A DNA stretch of 33,680 bases, taken from contig JBDKRC010000264.1 of assembly GCA_039683575.1 (NCBI GenBank), forward strand, positions 1 to 33,680, written 5' to 3'. Below the pieces are notes generated by a model, which was not told the DNA's origin, ran no database searches, and saw only the letters and a program-made list of their open reading frames with translations. The position numbers were made by a program, and so were the translations under genes. This stretch comes from Armatimonadia bacterium. Its GTDB lineage: Bacteria > Armatimonadota > Zipacnadia > Zipacnadales > UBA11051. Positions 27,005 through 33,680 of this stretch are shown here, one piece after another (within the stretch, counting starts at the first letter, position 1; the number at the start of each line of letters is the position of its first letter).

Positions 27005-28075
27005 ATGAGCACTTTCCGTATTGGCCTCGTCGGCGTCGGCCGCGGCAGTGGCTATGGCCGCGTTTTTTCCGGTGATCCCCGCTGCCAGATCGTTGCCTGC
27101 TGTGACGTCAAGCCCGAAGCTGTCGCCCGCTTCCAGCAGGAGCTGGAGCTGCCTGACAGCGCCTGTTTCACGAACTACGACGACTTCATCGCCGCCGACT
27201 TTGACATCGTCTTTCTCGGCACGCCGATTCCCTACCATACCGAGCAGACCGTCAAGGCTGTGGAGGCCCACAAGCACGTCCTGAGCGAAGTAACCGCCGC
27301 CTCGACCGTCGAGGACTGCGGCCGCATCGTCGAGGCCGTCCGCCGCACCGGACAGCGTTACATGCTCGCCGAGAACTGCTGCTACTGGCCCTTCGTGCCA
27401 AAGTGGCGCGATATCATCCGGGCTGGACGCCTCGGCGCCGTCATCCACGCCGAGGCCGAGTACATCCATAATATCCGCAACATGGTCTACGATCCTGAGA
27501 CCAAAACGCAGCGTTGGCGGGCCAACCGTGCGCCGCTGCACTATTGTTCTCACTCTCTCGGACCACTACTGGAGATGATGGAAGACCGCATCACGCGCGC
27601 CTGCGGCCTCGGCCACGGCCAGCACATCCTGCCCGAAGGCGGCGTGGGCGGCATAGATCTGCAGGTTGGGCTCTTCGAGACCGAGAAAGGCGCAATGATA
27701 AAGCTTGCGCGCTCCTCGGTCGCCCCGCGCAAGCCTGCCCTGCACTGGTTCATGCTCCAGGGCAGCAAGGGCTGCGTTGAGTCCAGCCGCCGCGGCATTC
27801 CCGGCCCGGGAATGCTCTATCTGGAAGACGAGATGACCGACCCGCAGGAGATCGAGGTCTCCACGGTGGACACCAGCCTGCCCGAATCAGCCCGCGCGGG
27901 CGGCCACGGCACCGCTGAGTACAGCCTGGTCCAAGACTTCCTGCACGCGCTTGAGGCGGGGGAGAGGCCCCCGCTGGACGAGGTCCGCGCCATGGACCTG
28001 ACGGTCCCGGGCCTGATCGCCCACGAGTCAGCTCTGCAAAACGGCCGCTGGCTGGACGTGCCCAGCTTCGCCTAA
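27005..28075 (+). CDS. Gfo/Idh/MocA family oxidoreductase
   Basis: RIGLVGVGRG, GTPIPYH, KHVLSEV, YMLAENCCY, AEYIH, YCSHSLGP. Confidence 0.92.
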   Translation: MSTFRIGLVGVGRGSGYGRVFSGDPRCQIVACCDVKPEAVARFQQELELPDSACFTNYDDFIAADFDIVFLGTPIPYHTEQTVKAVEAHKHVLSEVTAASTVEDCGRIVEAVRRTGQRYMLAENCCYWPFVPKWRDIIRAGRLGAVIHAEAEYIHNIRNMVYDPETKTQRWRANRAPLHYCSHSLGPLLEMMEDRITRACGLGHGQHILPEGGVGGIDLQVGLFETEKGAMIKLARSSVAPRKPALHWFMLQGSKGCVESSRRGIPGPGMLYLEDEMTDPQEIEVSTVDTSLPESARAGGHGTAEYSLVQDFLHALEAGERPPLDEVRAMDLTVPGLIAHESALQNGRWLDVPSFA

Positions 28076-28111
28076 CCGACTCCGTCACCCTCGCGCTGCC
28101 TCACAGACGTC

Positions 28112-28169
28112 GTACGAGCGGCTTCCAGCCGCGAGGGTAGCGCCAATGAAGTGGGGCTTCCAGCCCCAC
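28112..28169 (+). repeat. Degenerate REP pair
   Basis: GTACGA-GCGGCT-tcc-AGCCGC-GAG and GTGGGGCT-tcc-AGCCCCAC. Confidence 0.65.
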
Positions 28170-28259
28170 GGGTGCCATCTGATGAACCAACGCCACTCGG
28201 CCTCTCCATCGCTTTTGGGGGATGAAGGAACTTTGCCACACCTGACGAAAACACCACTC

Positions 28260-29354
28260 ATGGGTATTGCCCGCGTATGCATCCTGTTCTTCCTTTGCGC
28301 CCTCGCCGCGGCGCTCCTTTCTGGCTGCCCGGCCCATGATGAGGGAATCACCGTCGAGGTCAAAGACAAGGAAGAAGGTGCGAACCGGAACCGCAGCGCC
28401 AAGAGCATACTCGAAGGCGCTCGCCAGGAGCGCACCCTCAACTGGTACACTTCGCTCAAGCAGGAAGAAGCTGACGCCTTCATCGCCCGTTTCCGCGCCA
28501 AGTACCCGTTCCTGACCGTCACCGTCCGCCGCGGCGGCACCTTCAATATTGAGCGCGACGTACGTAAGGAGATCGACAGCGGCGCCATCAACGCCGACGT
28601 CGTCCACGTCCTCGACCCTGCTTTCTTCATCACCCTCGCCAACGAGGGCAACCTGAATCAGTACAACTCCCCGGAAGCCAGCGCGATCCCGATCGGCTAC
28701 CGCCAGGAGGGCCAATGGACCACGGCCCGCCTCGTCACCCTCGGCATGGCCTACGACAGCAGCCGTCTCAGGCCGGCGAGCGCCCCCAGGACCTGGCGAA
28801 GCCTCATGGACCAACGTTGGCAGGGGAAGATCGGCATCAAGAACGCCTACACCGCCGGCGCGGCCTACGCGCATTTCTACTTCATGCGCGACCGCTACGG
28901 CGCCTACTACTGGGAGCGTCTGGCCGAACTCGGCACAAAGGTCTACGAGACTGAACCGAAACTACTCGCTGCGCTGCGCGGCGGCGAGATTCAGGTCGCT
29001 GCCGGCGTCGCCCTTGGTCGTCCGGCCGCCAACGACAGCATCCGCATGATCGCCCCCGAAGACGGCCTCCCGGTGGTCGTCGGCCCTGTCGCCATCATCA
29101 ACGGGGCGCAGCACCCCAATTCGGCCCGCGTCTTTGTGGACTACATGCTGTCCCGCGAGGGCCAGGCTGCCATGCGCGACCTTACCGGCGCCTACTCCCC
29201 GCGCACAGATGTTCAGCCCCCCAAAGGCCTCAAGCCTCTTAACCCGAAGACTTTGCTGCAGCCTCCACGCGGATGGCCTGAATACCTCGAAGATCAGGAC
29301 GCGCTGCAGCGGGAATTCAGTAAGCTGTTCGGCGAGGACGATCAATCCGAATAA
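28260..29354 (+). CDS. ABC transporter substrate-binding lipoprotein (Fe3+/thiamine/polyamine-type)
   Basis: Lipobox LSG-C; LNWYTS, APRTWRSL, AQHPNSARVFVDYMLSREGQ. Confidence 0.88.
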   Translation: MGIARVCILFFLCALAAALLSGCPAHDEGITVEVKDKEEGANRNRSAKSILEGARQERTLNWYTSLKQEEADAFIARFRAKYPFLTVTVRRGGTFNIERDVRKEIDSGAINADVVHVLDPAFFITLANEGNLNQYNSPEASAIPIGYRQEGQWTTARLVTLGMAYDSSRLRPASAPRTWRSLMDQRWQGKIGIKNAYTAGAAYAHFYFMRDRYGAYYWERLAELGTKVYETEPKLLAALRGGEIQVAAGVALGRPAANDSIRMIAPEDGLPVVVGPVAIINGAQHPNSARVFVDYMLSREGQAAMRDLTGAYSPRTDVQPPKGLKPLNPKTLLQPPRGWPEYLEDQDALQREFSKLFGEDDQSE

Positions 29355-29370
29355 CGCCGGGAGGCACCTC

Positions 29371-30051
29371 ATGCTGACCATCAGGTCGTGTGGTCACTCC
29401 TGCCATCTGCTGACTTCCGAGACGCATTCGATCGTCCTCGATCCCTTCCTGACCGGCAACCCCGAGGCCGCCTGCTCACCTGATGACCTTCAGGTGGACG
29501 CGATTCTGCCCTCCCACGGCCACTCCGACCACCTCGGCGACACCATTGCCATCGCCAACCGTCTCGGCTGCCCGGTCATCGCCGCTTTCGAGCTCTGCAT
29601 GTACTGCGCCCGCTATGGCTGCGAAGTCGCCCCCATGCACGTCGGCGGCAGCCGCAAGTTCGACTTCGGCCGCGTCAAGCTCACCCAGGCCCAGCACGGC
29701 TCCGCGGTCATCGGCGACACCATCGAGTACACCGGCCTCGCCGTCGGCTTCATAGTCGAGATGGGCGGCGTGAGGGTCTACTACGCCGGAGACACCGGCC
29801 TCTTCGGCGACATGAAGCTGATCGGGGAAGAGGGGATAGACGTGGCGATTCTCCCCATCGGCGACTGCTTCACGATGGGCCCCGACGACGCTCTCAAAGC
29901 CGTCCAGATGCTCCGGCCCAAAATGGTGATCCCCACCCACTACAACACCTTCGACCTCATCCACCAGGACGCCCCGGCCTTCGCCGCCCGCCTGCAAGCC
30001 CTCGGCGTAGAGGGCAAAGTCCTCAGACCCGGCGAAGAGGTCTCTCTCTGA
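29371..30051 (+). CDS. Metal-dependent hydrolase, metallo-beta-lactamase fold (UPF0173-like)
   Basis: GHSC, LDPFLTGNP, SHGHSDH, YYAGDTG, LPIGD, IPTHYNTF. Confidence 0.92.
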   Translation: MLTIRSCGHSCHLLTSETHSIVLDPFLTGNPEAACSPDDLQVDAILPSHGHSDHLGDTIAIANRLGCPVIAAFELCMYCARYGCEVAPMHVGGSRKFDFGRVKLTQAQHGSAVIGDTIEYTGLAVGFIVEMGGVRVYYAGDTGLFGDMKLIGEEGIDVAILPIGDCFTMGPDDALKAVQMLRPKMVIPTHYNTFDLIHQDAPAFAARLQALGVEGKVLRPGEEVSL

Positions 30052-30141
30052 CGGAGGGGCCGAGCTTTAGCCGGCCCGGTTTGGCGCCAGCATAGGGTGT
30101 CGCAGATAACTACGTGGGCCGGCTGAAGCTCGGCCCCTCCG
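30052..30141. repeat. Inverted REP doublet (REPIN-like, GGAG type)
   Basis: 26-bp inverted repeat, 25/26 identical: 30052-30077 and 30116-30141. Confidence 0.85.
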
Positions 30142-30162
30142 CCGAAAAGGGAGGTCACACCA

Positions 30163-32334
30163 ATGTCACGCCTCCTCGCCGCCATTTTCGCCCTCTTCCT
30201 GATGCTCTGCCCTGCCCTCCACGCCGCCGTCACCGTCACTTCCGACCCTCCTGGCGCCAGTGTCAGTTGGTCGCTCTCTGACCAGCCCCAGGTCCACCTG
30301 GCAGGCGTCGCGCCCGTCTCTCTCACAATCCCCTCCGGCAGCCCATGGACCCTCTGCGTCCGCAAGGACGGCTACTGGCCCACCTGGCGCAACCTGACTT
30401 CCGCCGACACCGGCCCCGTCGCCATCGAACTCCGCCCTCTCACCGGCGACTTCGGCGCTCTCGCCTGTATCGACGCGGCGCAAGGCCGCTTCGGCCGGGT
30501 CACCTCGCCGGATGAGGCCTGGAACATACCAGGCTTCGGCGACCTCGCAGGCAGCGAATGTCGGTGGTCGCCGGATGGCCGTTACGCTATCTGGTCCCGA
30601 ACTGTCATCGACTCGTCGGTCGGCCTGCCACCGCCTGGGGAGGCGGCCGCCCGCACACCGTTGCTGCCACCGGGCGGCGAGTATGGGCGCAACACCTCCG
30701 TGCTGACCCTCCTGGAACCATTCAGCCGTATCGCTCGCGACCTTATCCGCTTTGGGTACCGTTCGGAGTTCCGCAGCTACAGGTTTAACGTGGACTGGAG
30801 CCCACACGGTCAGTACCTTCTGTACTCGACCCAACCCGAGAGGGTCTTTGGCGAGGAGATCATCCGTATCGCGCGGATAGCGGACCGCAAGCCATACGCT
30901 GTCATAGCTGAGAAGGGCGTCTCGCTGTACATGCCCGCCGCCACGGGTACCGGCAACATCGGCTACATACGCGACCCTGGCAACACCGGCCGCGACGGGC
31001 TCCAGATGTGGACGTGCGACTGGCACGGCAACAACCGGCGCCTGCTTGGGTCGTCGGGGCACGCTAATCCCTGCGGCACTGTGGACGGGTGGCTCGTCTG
31101 GGCTCACGGCGATCGCGTCCTGGCGTGGAAGGACGGCAAGACCCGGGAGATCCTCAAGCGCAAGCACTCGCCGATTCTGGGCATGGCGGCTGAGCCGGCG
31201 GGCAATCGCGTACTCATCGTCCTGGGCTCGGGGCTGCCGGAGAAGGCTTTCATATGGGCGCCGGGCATGAAGACCGCCCGCCTGCTGTCCGGCGTCTCCG
31301 GTGACCTCAACTGGCTCCCTGGCGGCCGCCTCCTCGCCGGCGGCTCAATCATTGATACCTCGGGCCGCACCTTCGCCGCCCTGCCGCCGCGCAAGCCCCC
31401 CGAGTTCTACCTCATTGGCTGGTCTGGCGACGGCAGATGGCTGGCGCTGGCCGACTGGCAGTCGGGCGACGGCGAAGGTGGCACGTGGGCAATCCCTCTC
31501 GACGGCGCCAAGCCAGTGAGCATCATCCCGGAGAAGGTCTACCCACGCAGCTTCGCCTGGGGCCCGGACGCCCGCTTTGCCTACGTCGAGGAGCAACGCC
31601 CCAAAGCGCCTCCCGCTCTCGGCGTACTCGTTGCCGCCTACCCCGGTGCGCCCGTGCAGCGCCTCCTGCCCAGGCTCAAGGTCACCCACGCCTCCTGGTC
31701 GCCCGACGGCAACCGCCTCGCCTGCGTGATCGGCGAGCCCGATCACACCCGCGTCGCCCTTGTCGGCTACCCCGGCGGCGCCGTGACCTACCTCACTGAC
31801 CCAGGCCTCTGGTCCTCGGCCATCTGGCACCCCACCGATCCCAACCGCATCGCCTTCTCGCAAGAGCACGACCATGGCGAGGGCTGCGGCTCGACCAGCT
31901 ACGGCATCATGGACGCGCAGGGCAAGATAGTCCTGCAAAGCGCCCAGACCTTCGTCCACGCCGGCGCACCACGCTGGACTCTGGAGGGCGACCTCAACAT
32001 CGGGGAGGACTGGCTTCAGAAGTTGACTACGTCAGGGCCGGCGCAGAACGCACGCTTTGCCTCGCGCCTCGCCTGGGAGGAGTGGGACCATACCGTCAAT
32101 GACTATGCCGAACGCGGTGGCACTGCCGTCTGGTCCCGCGACGGCCGCGTCGCCGCCAGTGACCGCGGCGTTGTCTTCATCTTCTCCGGCAAAGACGTCG
32201 CCAGTCGTCTCGTCACGGACTACTATCAGGCCCAGGTAGCGCGCGACGCCAGGCCGCTGCAGACGCTCCGCCCGCTGCAACCCCCGCCGGTTCTCCTCGG
32301 CATCCCGGCCCCACAGCCCTGGCCGCTCAAGTAG
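30163..32334 (+). CDS. Secreted PEGA-domain protein with TolB/PD40-like beta-propeller repeats
   Basis: Signal peptide; VTSDPPGASV...VRKDGY; repeated WSPDG/WSPHG/WSGDG/WGPD/WSRDG. Confidence 0.82.
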   Translation: MSRLLAAIFALFLMLCPALHAAVTVTSDPPGASVSWSLSDQPQVHLAGVAPVSLTIPSGSPWTLCVRKDGYWPTWRNLTSADTGPVAIELRPLTGDFGALACIDAAQGRFGRVTSPDEAWNIPGFGDLAGSECRWSPDGRYAIWSRTVIDSSVGLPPPGEAAARTPLLPPGGEYGRNTSVLTLLEPFSRIARDLIRFGYRSEFRSYRFNVDWSPHGQYLLYSTQPERVFGEEIIRIARIADRKPYAVIAEKGVSLYMPAATGTGNIGYIRDPGNTGRDGLQMWTCDWHGNNRRLLGSSGHANPCGTVDGWLVWAHGDRVLAWKDGKTREILKRKHSPILGMAAEPAGNRVLIVLGSGLPEKAFIWAPGMKTARLLSGVSGDLNWLPGGRLLAGGSIIDTSGRTFAALPPRKPPEFYLIGWSGDGRWLALADWQSGDGEGGTWAIPLDGAKPVSIIPEKVYPRSFAWGPDARFAYVEEQRPKAPPALGVLVAAYPGAPVQRLLPRLKVTHASWSPDGNRLACVIGEPDHTRVALVGYPGGAVTYLTDPGLWSSAIWHPTDPNRIAFSQEHDHGEGCGSTSYGIMDAQGKIVLQSAQTFVHAGAPRWTLEGDLNIGEDWLQKLTTSGPAQNARFASRLAWEEWDHTVNDYAERGGTAVWSRDGRVAASDRGVVFIFSGKDVASRLVTDYYQAQVARDARPLQTLRPLQPPPVLLGIPAPQPWPLK

Positions 32335-32377
32335 CCATTCAGGGTGGGGGAGAGGGCAGCGCCAGTCCCCGCATACA

Positions 32378-32417
32378 CAAAAAGGCCCGCGTCACCACCT
32401 GACGCGGGCCTTTGTTT
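32378..32417. terminator. Bidirectional intrinsic terminator
   Basis: AAAAAGGCCCGCGTCA-ccacc-TGACGCGGGCCTTTGTTT between convergent genes. Confidence 0.88.
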
Positions 32418-32561
32418 GCTTCTCACTATCCCTACACGATGCGGCTTCCTTACTGCCGGTGTGCCAGTCTCTTCGCGGAGTAAACGCAGTCAGGGAGCGG
32501 TAGAACGACGAACGCCGACCTCAGAGAGGCCGGCGTTCGGTGGCGTGAACCATTTGGGGGA

Positions 32562-32951
32562 TTATTGCACGGAGGCTACCATCCTCGTCAGCATTGCGCC
32601 GATGGTATCCATGAAACAGCCGCGTTTCTCAATATGCACGCAGTCCAGCATGCTCGCTCGGGCGATATCCTTGGAGCTTACTGCCCGGCCGCTCAGAACG
32701 ACGCAGCGCGTGGGTGACCACAACGGATTGGCCTTGACTGCCTGCAGGAACTGCCAACCGTCTACTTCAGGCATGATGATGTCTAAGAGCACGAAATCGT
32801 AGGGATCGTCTTCCGCGGTGGCCTCGCACATGCGGTGCAGACCTACTCGACCATTCTCGGCTTCATCACAGCGAAACCCCCGGTCTTTCAGCGTCTTGCG
32901 CAGTACCATGCGCACCTGCGGATCGTCCTCAACCAGTAAAACCCTCGGCAT
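32562..32951 (-). CDS. Single-domain response regulator (CheY-like receiver)
   Basis: VLLVEDD, LLDIIMPEVDG, VLSG, conserved Lys (HIEK). Confidence 0.9.
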   Translation of the reverse strand: MPRVLLVEDDPQVRMVLRKTLKDRGFRCDEAENGRVGLHRMCEATAEDDPYDFVLLDIIMPEVDGWQFLQAVKANPLWSPTRCVVLSGRAVSSKDIARASMLDCVHIEKRGCFMDTIGAMLTRMVASVQ

Positions 32952-32957
32952 TCTCGA

Positions 32958-33455
32958 TTACTCACCCCCTTTCGGGCGAGACCGCTCGAACTCGCGTACG
33001 GCGCGCTCGGTGCGTCTTTCGGCGTCGCGTTCAGCCAGGCTCTCGCGTTTGTCAAACATGCGCTTACCACGTGCCAGGCCAAGCTCTACCTTAGCATACC
33101 CGGTAGCAGAGAAATACATGCGCAAAGGGACCAAAGTATAGCCCTTTTGCTTGACCTGGCGATCCAGCCGGGCAATCTCCTTCTTGGTAAGAAGCAGCCG
33201 CCGCGGCCGGAGAGGGTCAACATTGTCACGCGCGGAGGGGTACGGATTGATGTGGGCGCCAATGAGCCACACCTCCCCCTCGCGGATCTGCGCGTGGGCC
33301 TCCCCAAGGCTGACATGGTGGGCACGCACAGACTTTACTTCCGGGCCCACGAGTTCAATGCCTGCCTGGATCTTGTCATCTATGAAATAATCGTGATACG
33401 CCCGCCGGTTAGTGGCAACACTACGGTCGGGGGCGGACTTGTCTGCTTTCCCCAC
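32958..33455 (-). CDS. smpB: SsrA-binding protein SmpB
   Basis: NRRAYHDY, AGIELVGPEVKS, GYTLVPLRMYF, GLARGKRMFDKRE. Confidence 0.97.
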   Translation of the reverse strand: MGKADKSAPDRSVATNRRAYHDYFIDDKIQAGIELVGPEVKSVRAHHVSLGEAHAQIREGEVWLIGAHINPYPSARDNVDPLRPRRLLLTKKEIARLDRQVKQKGYTLVPLRMYFSATGYAKVELGLARGKRMFDKRESLAERDAERRTERAVREFERSRPKGGE

Positions 33456-33514
33456 GCTACAACTCCAGTGCCGGTGGATGCTCCCAAAGGGGGCTGCTCC
33501 ACCCCGGTCGTCTA

Positions 33515-33543
33515 ATGTTAATGGGCGAAACCTCGTTAGTCAA
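33515..33543 (-). promoter_or_regulatory. Sigma70 promoter of smpB
   Basis: TTGACT-N17-TAACAT. Confidence 0.7.
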
Positions 33544-33555
33544 GCCGGGTTAGTT

Positions 33556-33680
33556 GGCTCTTCCTCAATTAGTGTGGGCGACATGATCTCATCATGGTAG
33601 AAAGGAGAAACATCCGCCGATCCCCTATCTTGGTGTGTCCAGCATCAAGGGAGGGATCAGCGGATGCCCCTACAGAGTAT
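33556..33680 (+). mobile_element. Left end of an ISL3-family insertion sequence (truncated by window edge)
   Basis: GGCTCTTCCTCAATTAGTGTGGG is the perfect IR of 101-123; GGAGG and ATG (33664, MPLQS) lie inside a long hairpin at 33611-33666. Confidence 0.88.

Noticed and set aside
32420-33555. tmRNA or SRP RNA near smpB
   Set aside because: No tRNA-like ends with T-loop and CCA; AAGGAAGCCGC only partly resembles the SRP motif and lacks the paired GNRA stem.

Overview
High-GC bacterial chromosomal segment; gene content suggests Armatimonadota or similar (inference only). Both edges are ends of one ISL3-type insertion sequence: transposase C-terminus plus right IR at 1-123, and left IR plus probable transposase start at 33556-33680, with a perfect 23-bp IR pair. 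Between them are about 28 CDS: murJ, lepA, hemW, pyrC, comM, smpB, a PGM-repeat/PKD protein, a broken ArnT-like glycosyltransferase, a lone PilC/T2SSF-domain protein, a CsgG-like zinc-ribbon protein, sugar-catabolism and transport genes, plus tRNA-Leu(CAG). The main unexplained structure is non-coding. First, a dense, strand-biased set of GTAG-type REP/REPIN palindromes, one inside a CDS. Second, a ~20-nt CT-GCGA-n-TCGC mini-hairpin found four times inside those palindromes or other stems. Third, a recurrent sigma-H-like promoter motif, AGG(A/T)-N17-NGAA, before nine genes, including comM, where it overlaps a terminator-like stem covering the RBS. No CRISPR array, prophage or defence operon was seen.
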